Assembly (NCBI RefSeq): GCF_963506605.1
Contig: NC_083287.1
Location: 18,476,001 to 18,540,000 of the forward strand
Reading direction: 5' to 3'
From: Zootoca vivipara
Taxonomy: Eukaryota
DNA length: 64,000 bases
In this document: positions 14,234-27,357 of the stretch, one piece after another
Layout: every line of letters starts with the position of its first letter
Numbering within the stretch: the stretch's first letter is position 1
Program-made: the position numbers and the translations under genes
The notes under the pieces: generated by a model
The model's input: the letters and a program-made list of their open reading frames with translations, nothing else
Databases searched by the model: none
What the model was told of the DNA's origin: nothing

Positions 14234-14924
14234 TTAATAACTGAAAAATAACACTTGTGCAGCACATATACTTTTCATAACTATTGTTTTCACATTTTTG
14301 GACCTGTTTATAATTTACTGTGTATATGACATCATTTTCTGTACCCTAAAGTACGTTTTCCCAGCCCCAGAAACAGGTGTTAGACATTCTGTATTTCTTT
14401 ACATTGTCATTCACGTTATCAATTTCTGTTTCCTTTTTTTATTAAAAAAAAAGACCAGTTAATACATTCTCTATTAATATACCTTGTCATTCACCTTATC
14501 ACTAGGTGGCATTGTAATAACATTATTTTGAAGGATATGCTACTATAAAGCTTTGGCACCACGACAAACAACATTGTTTCTGGACACCTAAGCCATTCCA
14601 GTAACAGATGACTTCTTTATTCCTTAATTATGATACTATGTATTGAATGTAAAAACAAACACAAAGAAAAATGATTTTTCTCTGTCTCTCTAACACACAT
14701 ATTATCAGCTAAGATGTTCCTAATGTACACAGCACTTAAGCACAGGTGGCAGGCATCATGACAAGCAACATTTTAAAATAGATATCTAGATCATTCTAGC
14801 AACAGGCGGCTACGGTATCCCACAATGATTACATAATGCACTGAGAAGTGGAAACTAAGCTCAAGAAAGAATGCTCAGACCAGTTAAATTATGAAAGATG
14901 TTGTCTATAATAAACACAGGTGTA

Positions 14925-15026
14925 AACAAAAAATAAATTAAAAATCCTTTCCAGTAGCACCTTAGAGACCAACTAAGTTTGTCATAGGTATGAGCTTTCG
15001 TGTGCATGCACACTTCTTCAGATACA
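14925..15026 (-). mobile_element. Penelope-like element pseudo-LTR fragment
   Basis: Matches the terminal repeat of the GIY-YIG-bearing fragment at 50209-50719. Confidence 0.75.
14988..15025 (-). ncRNA. Minimal type I hammerhead ribozyme (Penelope-associated), core intact
   Basis: GUAU-CUGAAGA-A-GUGUG-CAUG-CACAC-GAA-AGCU-C-AUAC: stem I, CUGANGA and GAAA core, stem II, palindromic stem III. Confidence 0.7.
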
Positions 15027-15821
15027 GGTGGATAAACCAAATCCATACACACCTTACAAACTCTTTTCTGATTAATACAACTTACATCTAAAACTCACGT
15101 TCTTGTAATAAAAGGTAAAGGAAACACAGAAGTAAGTTTAGAAAACAGCAAATTCTCTCTCTCACACACAATTATGTGGTAATTTCAGTCTAAGTATCAA
15201 GTCTCTCCCTTCCCCAAGTTTACACTTTGAGGGCAAAAATTTAAGAAACAGCATAACTTGTTGCTACCCCCCCCACAACTATGCACATTATACTCATTAC
15301 ATACAGCCAAACTATGAAAACCAGAGCCCCATGAATACACTGAATCATAACACTTTTTTTAAAAAAACACCATCTTTATTTTTATTTTATAAAAAAAATG
15401 TAATGAGAGTCTGTAATAATGAAAAACATTCAAAATACAGGAGGTGCAGCAAGAAAACTGCTGGTACATTTGCAATGCTAAGCAGGGTAGGGTCCAATAT
15501 GGTTTCAAATTGGATGGGAAACCCCATGTTGAGATTCCGGCATTGCATGGGGTTGGACTATATGACCCTCAGGGTACCTTTCTACTCATTTAAACGAATG
15601 AATACCCATGCTGGGTGTGGCTGATGAGAGTTGTAGACTAATGGGAACCTGTAGTATCACAAGTTAAATTACACTGTGTTTCTGATGGATGCTTTCACTT
15701 ATGACACTATTCACAATAGACAATAATGCTGTAACTATATTTAACTATAGTTATTCCTATAAAATATATGTTGACATTTGCAAGGACAGTGTTCTTGTGA
15801 AAAACTAACATCTGTCTACTT

Positions 15822-15958
15822 TAGGATTCACGGAAACTTGGGTCTGCAGTTGTTTTTGGACTACAACTCCCATCATCCCTAACTAGCAGGAACAGTTGTT
15901 AGGGATGATGGGAATTGTAGTCCAAAAACAGCTGGAGACCCAAGTATGGGAAACCCTG
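15822..15958. mobile_element. Palindromic hAT MITE related to 6203-6340
   Basis: GGACTACAACTCCCATCATCC inverted arms; TSD GTCTACTT. Confidence 0.82.
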
Positions 15959-16599
15959 GTCTACTTTCAAGCTTTTCAGACCAAGAACCTGCATTCAATG
16001 CCAAACTGCAATGTATTCATTTTTTTTTAAAAAAAACACCCAGATACAAAGGAAGCGGGTGTCCTATATTTTTAATATTTCAAACTGAAGAGAAATTTTG
16101 TAAAGTGTGCTTTTCATGCATGGTGGAAATACCTATAGAAAAATATTTTCTCTCTCCCCTTTGGGAGGGAGGGACATAAATTTAATGAAATCCCACACAA
16201 CCTCAGAGGACGAAAACAGGGAGGGTGTCATTAGTGCAACACATGTCAAATCTGGGCAAGACCCAAGTATCCAGTGGAAGAGCAATGGTTCAAACCAGGG
16301 ATGCTAACTCTTTTCAGCCTAAGGGCCACACTGACCCGCAGCCAACCCTATGAAGGTCACATGATGAAGCAGGGGTGGCCAAAGTGCAAAGGTATGCACA
16401 TCTGAAGTCAAAGTTATCATTCATTATTATTACTAGTGTATCCTTAAATTCATTAGGTTATCAGTTCACTAATTCATTAAGGAAGACCTTCTCCACACAC
16501 TTCCTCCATTGCAATCCAGATGATTCTTTCCATTTACTACTTATTAATGAACTATGAAGAATTTGTGCACCCAACTCCCCCACTCTCCCTCCAATAATT

Positions 16600-17200
16600 T
16601 ATGCTGCCTTCAGCATAGGCCAGGGGATGCTTACTGGTAGTTCTCTCTTTTTTGAAGTTGCCACCCGCTTTTTAAAAATCGCTGGCTTGCTCTGCGCCAC
16701 CCCATAACCGTCCCTGATGCCTGCCGAAGAAATACGATCTCTCAATGCTCTCAGTAAGTGCTTCGTGTAGCTTTGGCTGCTCTCAAGAATGATTGCAAGA
16801 GATTTTATCTCTTTGGCAGGCGTCAGCCTGCAGAACCTGATGGACGCAGACTTTCTTAAGGGCTGCGGAAGTGCTCTTAGCAAGGAAGTAGAAGCTCTCA
16901 ATATGGAAGTAGTAGCTGCTGCTTCGAAAGGGGTTGCAAAGGACTTTAGGGTATTTATCCTCCCCCCCCCCCAAAAAAACCTCCCACAACTGAACATACC
17001 AACAAAAGTTTTGGCGGATGAATAAACATTTTCTGGGCAACTTGATATTGTTTCCCAGTTGGCGAAACATATGGCGGCTTACATATTCAAAAGGTTATTT
17101 TCCAGTTCTGACTACTGTAATCAGAACCGCTGCTTATGTGGTCAGGAAATCCAAGGTTTAAATCACATAACTTTTTGCACAATCTTGGGACAGTACTGTC
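16600..17200 (+). mobile_element. Possible decayed LINE ORF2 C-terminus
   Basis: Fragmentary coding-like frames ending in RCLCGQEIQGLNHITFC (zinc-knuckle-like). Confidence 0.35.
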
Positions 17201-17318
17201 ACTGTTGAGCTACAATTTGGCCCCATAACTGAGCTCCTGATGAAGGACAGACAAAAGGCAGCCTCATTATCTAGTGCCCCCCCCTTGCTTCAGTCTTAAA
17301 TTAATGCAGTAACTCTGC

Positions 17319-17577
17319 TGCCAACCTAGCAGTCCTGCCAACCTAGCAGTTCGAAAGCACGTCAAAATGCAAGTAGATAAATAGGAACCGCTACAGCGGG
17401 AAGGTAAACGGCGTTTCCATGTGCTGCTCTGGTTTGCCAGAAGCGGCTTTGTCATGCTGGCCACATGACCTGGAAGCTATACGCCGGCTCCCTCGGCCAA
17501 TAATGCGAAATGAGCGCGCAACCCCAGAGTCGGTCACGACTGGACCTAATGGTCAGGGGTCCCTTTACCTTTACCTA
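17319..17577 (+). mobile_element. Sauria SINE, 5'-truncated
   Basis: GCCAACCTAGCAGTTCGAAAGCAC...CATGCTGGCCACATGACC...CCTTTACCTTTACC tail. Confidence 0.88.
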
Positions 17578-20500
17578 ACTCTGCTGAAAGTCTCCCAGAG
17601 AACCTGGTTACAGAGCGGCCAAAAATACTGCAATTTTTTAAAAACAGAACAAAATTGACGGTTATTATTTTAAATAAACAAAAAACAAGCCCTAATAACC
17701 TCTTAACAGAATGTGCTGATTTTAATTCCTCTTCTAAACAATCTGTAGTCCTAATTACTAAAATTATCACTAATTTTGCCATTGATTTTTGTGGTCCCCG
17801 CTTATACAGCTACCACCACTCTTTACTCTCTGCTGATATCTAAGGTACAAGGTTCTTGCTAATGAACATTGTAAAATTGTATTCTTTTTCTGGAAGTGGA
17901 GGGGAATATGCTTTAAAAAACCAAACATGAATCAGTAATCAGTAAGTGTAATCTACCTTGATACTATATTTCTATTTAGTATATAATTAGTAGCAGGATC
18001 TTCTGCTGCAATGTATACTTACACTAACATTAACGGAGAATTGTCCCCCCTCTTTTAATTACTATAATTCAAGATTGATGAATAAAATATTTATGTCTAA
18101 ATCATTATTTCACTTTGTTCCTAAGTGAAACCTTCTTCTATTTGAAAGATTTACAATATGCCTCTAGCTTTGTTGTCCACCAAGATAAATGAATAATATC
18201 AGATATTATTGTCAGTCAAGACTAATGGTGGTTCTGTTGCGAACTGCTGCTCACTATTATTCAGCAGAAAGAAGTAAGATTCGATTTAGCCACAATATGG
18301 CATTATATTTTCAGGGCATTTCTTATGAAATAGTACCAGCTACAACTGTAATAATACTATTGCAATAATGTACTCAATAAGCAGAGTGTAAAAAATAACT
18401 ATATCCAGAACAGATGAAGGCTTTTGGCTATGTTCCATGCCTTGCAATATAACCAAGGCATGCAATTATCACATGGCATCATGTCGTGTTCAATGCTCAA
18501 CTATTCATTTTGTGTGCTGAAAGTTAATAAAACCCTCTTAACTGTTATTCCTTAGGCTCCCTTCAATAAAATATCCAAGTGCATGATTTCTTGCATATAA
18601 CTGAATGATGACTACTGTTTAAAGCAGTGTATCAGTTCATTAGTCATGGTATCTGCATTAATTTTCTGTAATAGCTGATAACGTTTCACAGATTTCTAAA
18701 TGGCATACTTTCCTTATAAAGTGGGATGCTGATCTTATTGTATTATGAAATCTTTTAAGGAAGGATTAGAAAACATTTTTTTTAAAGGGAAAACTGGTCT
18801 TTTTAGACAATTGAAACAGACACAGCATTGCCATTCATTCGCATCTGACAATGTCTATATCAGGAAACTACCTGCCAAATGGAATTTAATTTACCCAGTT
18901 CTCAGTTTGCATTAACCTTTGAGTAATAAAGCACAGCTGAGACTGCTGTAAGAAATAAACTAGAGAATTAATAATGAAAGGGACTTCTGCCATCCATGGA
19001 AATACCAATCACAACTTGTCTGGGAAGGTTTAATTGTTACTGAACCAAAAAGGTGGCTAACGGTACTCTTTATCAACCTAAAAAAATGGATATGCCACAG
19101 CCATAGCAGAATGTCTGTTCACCAGGGGGTTAGATGATCTGGGTGTCCCTTTCAACGCTACAATTCTATGATGTCAACTACATTGCCTGACTGCAGCTTG
19201 CTCTTGTGACAATTCATTTATCCCAGTATGCAAGAAGGAGAAACACACACAGTGGAAATGGAAATGGAAATGGTATTAACTATGGACTAAGGCAGAGGCT
19301 TTTAAACTGTGGTCGCCAACCTAGTGCCCAGAAATCTCCACATAGTCACACCTGGACCCACGCCAATAGCAAAAATGCATCTGGTGAATTTCGAACATTG
19401 ATCCAAAGATACCAAATATAACATTCTGTTTCAGGGATTGGGACCCCATGGCCCTTTAGATGTTGCCAGACTACAACTCCCAGAGTCCTTGAGCACTGCC
19501 GACTTTGGCTTGGGCTTGATGGGATTTATCCATAGGTTCCATAGTCATGTTCTATTTCTGTCTTTTTTCAATCCATGTTATCACTGAAAGAAGCGAAGTA
19601 ACTGGCATAAAACATGCCTTTAAATATACTTGCTGTTTTTCTTGCTTCTCAACTTTCCTCCTCAAAGCCTCAATGTTAAATGCAATTAAATGCTTTTACT
19701 CTTTGCCAGTTCTGTCTGCTTCTCACAGCCCACTTATTGTCAGGCCCAGCAGGGAGCTGCTATTAATTGGCAGATGCTGAAACAAAGGCATGGTCCAAAT
19801 AGCACAAGATCTGTTGCTCCTACCTTGGGCTACTCTGGCTTTGGTCTGCTTGCTCCAGCCTGTCCTTGCAAATCAGCATTCAAGGGCCCAGAGGCAGGGC
19901 ATATTTCCAAACAGGTAAGGTTGAGGTTGGAGTAAGGGAGGGGCATAGTCAGGGACAGCTGGGTCAAATTCAGGTACAGCCAGTAAAGCAGGCCAGGTTG
20001 GACCAGACTGCTCAGCCTGAAAAACCAAGCATGGGACAACAGTTATTGGTTCCTTGGGTCACCTATTCCAGAGGGGCTTCAGAGCATGAGTGTTGCTAAA
20101 TTGCAGAAGATTTCAGCCCAATTATTCCACCTGCACGACAGCTGCTCTGGTAGCACAGTCCCATATTCCAAACCCTCAGCGCCTTACACAGATATTGTGG
20201 AAAACCAGTTGCAGCTGCAGCCAAAGATCTTAGGACTGGAGAGATGGTTGGTAAGAGAACTTTGGATGAAGGAAATGCTTAATTCCACACTGTATTTCAT
20301 TCCTCAATGCTTTGGGAAAGTATATTAAGATGGAGATTTTTAAAAAAGTGCTGATGCCTGGTAAACTGGTAAAGAGGCCAGGATTGAGAAGAGGAAACCT
20401 GGAAGTGTGTGTGTTTGTAGTGAAAAGATTATGGATTCCCACTTTATACTGGCAACCATGCACTGGAGAGCAACCCCCTCTCAAATTCTAAGTGTATGGA

Positions 20501-20611
20501 GGAGGTTTTAGTGGTTGAGTGGTGAGAGAAAAACTCTGAAGATGATCCAAGATACTTTCTTTTCTTCCCGTATTTGAAGACTCAGTCCTGGTACTGAAAA
20601 TATTGGGCTCC

Positions 20612-21034
20612 CACCGTCTTCCAAAGCAACTACTCTATTCCGAACTTAAAAATGGAAAGCGTAATGCTGGTGGTCAACAAATGAGGTTTAAAGACTCTCT
20701 CAAGGCAAATCTTAAAAAAAAAGTAGTATAAACACTGACAACTGGGAAATACTGGCCTGCGAGCACTCCAATTGGAGAACAGCCTTTACCAAAGGTGTCA
20801 TGGACTTTGAAGACACTCGAACTCAGAACGCAAGGGAGAAACGTACTAAGAGGAAGGCACGCTTGGCAAATCCACACCATGATCAACTCCCACCCAGGAA
20901 CCAATGTCTCCACTGTGGAAGGACGTGTGAGTCCAGAATTGGCCTGCACAGTCACTTACGGACTCATTGTTAAAACCGTGTTTATGGAAGACAATCTTAC
21001 TCAGCTACGAGTGATTGCCAAAGAAGGAAGAAGA
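20612..21034 (+). mobile_element. RTE-clade LINE 3' end
   Basis: RLPKQLLYSELKNGKRNAGGQQMRFKDSLK...CLHCGRTCESRIGLHSHLRTHC*; short 3' UTR and GAA-repeat tail. Confidence 0.85.
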
Positions 21035-24000
21035 ACATTATTGTGGAAACAACTCCACCAGTAGCTCACCATCCAATTCAATGTCCCATCTTTGAAAGGT
21101 AAAACCCTAACTGAGGTGGGCCCAGGGTATCTTAGGGAAAAGCTATGCTGTTATCAACGTCCCCATAATTTCAACATCAGCTAAGGAGCTCCTTTGCATT
21201 TGGAGACTCCCATTTGCTCACAAGAAGCAGGGTTTTCCTGAATGATTGACTCTGGGACACACGTCTGAAAAGAGACCTGCTGCCAGTCACTGTAAACAAT
21301 ACTGAGCTACAGGGACCTACCTCTGTTTAAGACATTTTCCTCTGTTCTCGTGTAAAAGATTTTCAGTGTTTCAATAATTAATTACTGAATTCATTAAATG
21401 CATTTAATAATTTAGAAATACAAATCAATACTAGTACATTTGCACATTTCAAACAGTCCAGTCCTATGAGTATTTATCTGCACCACAGAATTCAATGGGT
21501 AAACATGTTTAAGATTGCACTGAAGCTTTCTGCCTATTTTTAAGTTACTGTACTATAGAAGAATTCAAAATAAATAAGCTCCATTCAAAAAGCAGATAGC
21601 AATGATTAGCACCACAATTTTTCTTTTGCAATTAATAATGCTTCATTTTCTTCTTTAATGCTTTTTCTCAATTATTAAGCCATTTATACACTCACAATCC
21701 CCAAGGGAGTGACAAGACACCGGGCTTCTCCAGAGAAAATTCCCATATGTGCAAGTCCTCTGCAGGAGAATAATTCTATCTGCTTTAACGCAGGAGAATT
21801 TAATTGCTCTCTTCTCTGTGTGGACATCTGCCGAATATGCTGAAGCTCCAGCATTTTATATTTCATGTGATTTATACAGCCATTCAATGCTGATTGTGCT
21901 GGCGAATAAACCACAGACCTCAGTGAAAGCAAAGAATCATCTCAGCATTTGAAATGATATTATCTTTCAATAGACTGATTCAGATGGACACCAATTTTGA
22001 GAAAGGGCAAGCTAATCCTTCTAAGACTGAACTGTCCCAGCTCTTATGTGTGCTGTTGCTGTCAACCTCAGTTAAATTAATCAATTTCAGTAGCAAGACA
22101 AAGCTCCCTGCTGTAGATCCAGCTGGAAATGGCTGAACCATAAAGATAAGTCGGTTCATGTAAGCACTGATTAAAGAGTTTAGATGTATCCTTCTAATAT
22201 TTAGATTGCTCCTTACAAGCTGTAACACAGAATGGAGAGTGTATATATAGCATGAACAGGCAAGATTTTGTATCAGCAATGACTTGTCAGAAATTGCTAT
22301 CTACAGCTACATGTCTCATAAAATAGATGATATAATCTATTATATATTATATCGTATTCACAGGGGATGCTGAAATAGCAACAAACTGTGGTGTGCCAGT
22401 TCCACACATTAATAAAGGTTGCAGTATACTGCCGTCTTGCAGGGTAACCCTGCTCAAAAATACCATGTGGATATTTTAATAGCAAAATACACATAAACAA
22501 ATACAGGATTCAGAATGCTGCCAAAGAAGCTGACAGGCTAGTTTTGAGAAAGCAGAAGCTTGCAGTTTCCCTCTCATCTGTCTGCCTCCAACCATCCTTT
22601 CACCCCCCCCCTACTAATTACTAATTCCAACACTATAATGGTACCAAGATCAGGGGTTATGAGAGTTCTTCTGGGACACGGTAACAAAAAAAAAGGGGGG
22701 GGGGGACAAAACACCCAATGCCAATTGCACTCAAGCATTCAAGTCAACTCTACTTAGCAGAGAAGCTTTTGCTGAAAAAGCCACACCTTTGCTCTTTGCA
22801 GTATCGGTAAATATTGGAAAAAGCACAATGCTCATTACTTGCAAATGGAAAGTCACCTACAGTTTCAGAACTGTAGTCAATGCTACATTCTGTTTCTCCC
22901 CTACACTCCTAAATATCCATACACTATGAGGCAAATTATCAGTTTTTTTGGCAATCTCATTGACTGATAAAATGCATATTTAACTGAAGAGTGGCCCTCA
23001 TTCCCTCAAAAAGACTAAGAGGCCAAAACAGGAGGTGAACATACCAATAACAACAACAACAACCCACTAACACATCCTGAGCAAGGAAACAAACATTCTG
23101 CACCAAGAAAAGATTGGGTCCATGGCCAATATAAATACCTTCTGTGGTGTATACAAGTCCAGACTGCAGGTGGGATGGGTACGCACCAGAGTTAATATAA
23201 TATATCTTTGTAAACCATTGAAAATATATTCAATTTTATCTTAAATGTAGCTACCTAGGTTAAATATTTTCAGTTTCCTCAATGGCGTGGTTTCTACATA
23301 ATGTGAAACCAAAGCATGTATTAATGCGACCATGTGAGCTCCCAGGGAGGAAATTACAGCCACTTTACTCCTCTCTAGTTGTTTTGCTCCTGCGCTGTGC
23401 TGAGTTAAACCATGAGTTGGCTGGCTTTATCATCTAACCCCAGACTTGAGATTTAGCTCTCTCCAATTCTCTCCATGAGCTGTAAACCAAGAACATTTTT
23501 TTCAAAGCTATGGCTTGACTTAGTATGATTCGCAAACCAATGCATTTTAAGCTAGTAGCTTCTTTAAGGAAACCCCTGCTGGAAAGTTACTTATCCTAGA
23601 CATTGCTCAATAAATACTGTATGTGTGAAAATGTAATCATTAAGATTAGCAAGCTATGTAACTGATTGCAAAAGTCTCCACAGAACTGCATTTTACAATT
23701 TCCCTTAACTGATATGTATTTCCCCTAGAAATTACAATGACAATACTACAGATGTTTATTTTAACCAGAGCTGTAATTTGTAGAAAAAAATACCACCTTT
23801 TCAAATCAGTCAGTTGGCAGTTTCTTCCATAGGGATTATCATGGAATTAATCCAACTATCAGGTAAATTTAAATATAATATTTTCACTGTTGATATCCAA
23901 ATAAACAAGGAAAGCATATGTCAAGGCAAAATATGCTGATTTCTGATCAACTCCATGTACATGGTTGGCCACCAATCTTTCTTCACTTGTTTTTTAATAA

Positions 24001-24259
24001 TGTTCTCCAGTCCATTTTGGACTCCATATGAAATAACTGTTATTGTAGCTATGTTTGTTCGTTATTCATCAGAGATTACAAGAACCAGAACCAGGATGAC
24101 AGCAGGGAGACTGGATTTCTGCTAAAACATGATTAGTGAACCCTGTGGTTCTCCAGGTGAATCTATTATTGGACTAAAACTCCCATTATCCATGGCCATT
24201 GGCCATGCTGGCCATATACCTGTGCAAAAGGATCAATAAAAAGGAAACAGAGAGTAACA

Positions 24260-24970
24260 ATAAATGGATAGCTCCTCCAATGTTGGGATATAAAAGGGAC
24301 CCCTCCTAAATCCGTGCTTTTAAACTTCTTAATAAGTGATTTAGGATTATGGGTGAGCAGTGAGTTAGCCAGATTTGCTTGATGATACTAAATTGTTCAC
24401 AGTAGTTAAAACACATACATTGTGAAGAGCTTCAAAAGGATCCATCCTTTTGGCAGGAAAATGCAACTCAACATAAAGAAGTATAAAGTGGTGTATGCCA
24501 GGGTAAATGAATTGCAATTTCATATATATGCTCATGGGATTTGAACTGGCAGTGACTAGCCAGTAATGAGACCTTGGGGTTGTAGTGGAGAATTCATTGA
24601 GGATGCCGACCCAGTGCAGCAGCTGTGAGAAAGCAGAATTGCATGCTTTAATCATTAGAAAAGAAACTGAAAACAAAACTGCCGATATCATAATGCCCTC
24701 ATACAAATTATGCAACTGCATTTTGAACACTGTACAGGCCTGGTCACCTCTTGTGAAAAAAGGATATTGTAGAGCTGGAAAAGGTTCAGAAATAGATTAC
24801 CAAAAGGATCAAGGGTATGGAGCAACTCCCCTATGAAGAAATGTTGCAGAATTTAGGATTTTTAGTTTACAGAAACGGATATGGAACAGAAAATAGAAAG
24901 TAATTCTTTGCATAGCACATAAAGTATGGAATTTGCTTCCACAAGAGGCACTGATGGCCATCAACTTGCA
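24260..24970 (+). mobile_element. Decayed CR1 LINE ORF2 fragment
   Basis: Frameshifted FA/DDTKLF motif followed by CEELQKD; downstream VQAWSP..KK..ELEKVQ-like segment. Confidence 0.7.
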
Positions 24971-24991
24971 TGGGTGATGATGATGATGATG

Positions 24992-25945
24992 TTAGGGCAG
25001 GTAGGGTCTCAGTTGGTATACCAAATGGAGCTGGTAGACAGCTGCCCTGGACACAGAATTGACCTGCGCCTCTATGGATAGCTGTGAGTCCAAAATAACT
25101 CCTAGACTCTGCACCTGGTCTTTCAGGGACACAGTTACTCCATTCAGGATCAGGAAGTCCTCCACACCAGCCCGCCCCCTGCCTCCCAAGCAAAGTACTT
25201 TTGTTGGGATTCAACCGCAATCTGTCCATCCTCCAACCGCCTCCAGAAACTCACACAGGACATTCACTGCTATCACTGGTTCAGATTTAAAGGAGAACTG
25301 GGTATCATCTGCATACTGGTGGACACCTAGCCCAAACCCCCTGATGATCTCTCCCAGTGGCTTCATATAGATGTTAAAAAGCATGGGGGAGAGGACGGAG
25401 CCTTGAGGCACCCCACAAGTGAGAGCCCAGAGGTCTGAACACTCATCCCCCAACACCACTTTCTGGACACAGCCCAGGAGGATGGAGAACCATTTTATAA
25501 CAGTGCCCCCAGCTCCCAACTCCTCTAGATGGTCCAGTAGGATGTCATGGTTGATGGCATCAAAGGGCACTGAGAGATTCAGCAGGACCAGGAAACAGCT
25601 TTCATCTCTGTTGCTAGCCTGTCGGAGATAATCAACCAGCACAACCAAGGCAGTTTCAGTGCCATGATGAGGCCTTAATCCTGACTGGAAGGAATACAAA
25701 TTGCCCGCATCCTCCAGGTGTGTCTGGAGATGTTCAGCGACCACCTGCTCAATCACCTTCCCAAGAATGGAAGATTTGAGACTGGGCGATAGTTGGCCAT
25801 GATGGTTGGGTCCAAAGATGGTTTTTTTAAGAAGCAGTTTTTAAGAAGCTTCTTTAAGCAGGTCTGGGAAGACTCCCTCACAGAGAGATGCATTCACCAT
25901 CCCATGGAGTCCATCATCCAGCCCTGCCTGGCTCACATAGGGGAC
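24992..25945 (-). mobile_element. L2 LINE reverse transcriptase fragment
   Basis: FQSGLRPHHGTETAL, GVPQGSVLSPMLFNIYM, HQYADDTQ; frameshifted. Confidence 0.9.
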
Positions 25946-26569
25946 CCAGCAGTTTCTTCTTATGCTCTTATACTTAATGTCTGTTCTGTATGGAGTTACA
26001 AACCTACTGCTCAGAGAATAAATGTATGGAAAAATCTGCAACCCTGACTTTGTGGCCAGGATGGAAACATGAGACTTGATCCAGTATTTCTGTGCCATAC
26101 CTAAAGCAAGTGAAAAAGAAGCAGTTTTTTTATAAATAAAACAGTGACAATATATCACTATTGCTATTGCATTAGGAAAGTAGGTCAATACCAAACACAC
26201 AAGGTTTCTCTTCCCCTTCCCTCTTGAGAGACATCTGAAACTTAATAAAATTAGAGATCATCTCCAAACAAAAGTTTTGAACCTGTACAACGCTTCATGT
26301 TTTGGCTACATATCGTATTCTGCTTTGGTACATGATCAAGCATGATCAAAGTTAAGCTTTTTTAGCATTTAAGTTTTGTAAATATTATTTCATGGATTTC
26401 ATTATTCCAAGACAGTACAGTATTTCTGCCAAGAAAGTAGTTTATTATTATATCAACTTGATAGGATTCTGTTTAATTGTTTGACCATGAGTTTTGTTTT
26501 TAAAGTTCAGCAGTTCTTTCTAAAACATTAGTTTGGAAAGTTGGAAATGAGCCAGAGGCTGATGATGGG

Positions 26570-26903
26570 GGGACGCGGGTGGTGCTGTGGTCTAAACCTC
26601 TGAGCCTAGGGCTTGCCGATTGGAAGGTCGGCGGTTTGAATCCCTGTGACGGGATGTTCAGTCCCAGCTCCTGCGCACCTATCAGTTTGAAAGCACGTGG
26701 TGGGAAGCCGCTGGGAAGGTAAACGGCGTTTCTGTGCGCTGCTCTGGTTCGTCAGAAGCGGCTTAGTCATGCTGGCCACATGACCCGGAAAAACTGTTTG
26801 TGGACAAACTCCGGCTCCCTTGGCCTATAGAGCGAGATGAGCACTGCAACCCCAGAGTCGTCCGCGACTGGACCTAACAGTCAGGGGTACCTTTACCTTT
26901 ACC
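26570..26903 (+). mobile_element. Sauria SINE, near full length
   Basis: 5' GGGACGCGGGTGGTGCTGTGG, B-box-like GGTTTGAATCC, ACCTTT-repeat tail. Confidence 0.9.
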
Positions 26904-27221
26904 AAATAAGCAATTCCTTGAAATCTAAGCTGCCACTTTTTTCAGTGGTTTAGACTGTATTTTGCTATCTAGTTCCCTGGTAGTATACCCCAATGAACTC
27001 AATGGAAATTACTTTTGAGTACCAGATTTCAGTGTAAAATACTATGCATATTTTTAAGGTGTAAAGTGCTGTGGGGTCTGTGTAGAATGCAGCATATAAT
27101 CTAAATTAATAAATTAAGAAAATATAACCTATTTTGAGAAGCATAACAAGATGTGTAAAGGATCCTACAACTCATCAAGTATGCCACTTTTGAAAATAAT
27201 TTTAAGAATATAATCATACTC

Positions 27222-27357
27222 ATATAATTGTAGAGTTGGAAGGGGCCAGGAGGGTCATCTAGTCCAACCGCCTGCAATGCAGGAATCTTTTCCCCAACGT
27301 GGCGTTTGAACCCACAAACCCTGAGATTAAGAATCTCATGCTCTACCAAGTGAGGTA
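27222..27357 (-). mobile_element. tRNA-Lys(CTT)-derived SINE with CR1-like tail
   Basis: TGGTAGAGCATGAGATTCTTAATCTCAGGGTTTGTGGGTTCAAACGCCACGTTGGG followed by GATTCCTGCATTGCAGG...TTCCAACTCTACAATTAT. Confidence 0.85.

Noticed and set aside
27280-27357. Functional tRNA-Lys gene
   Set aside because: 5' end truncated, several substitutions, and fused to a CR1-like tail, so it is a SINE head.
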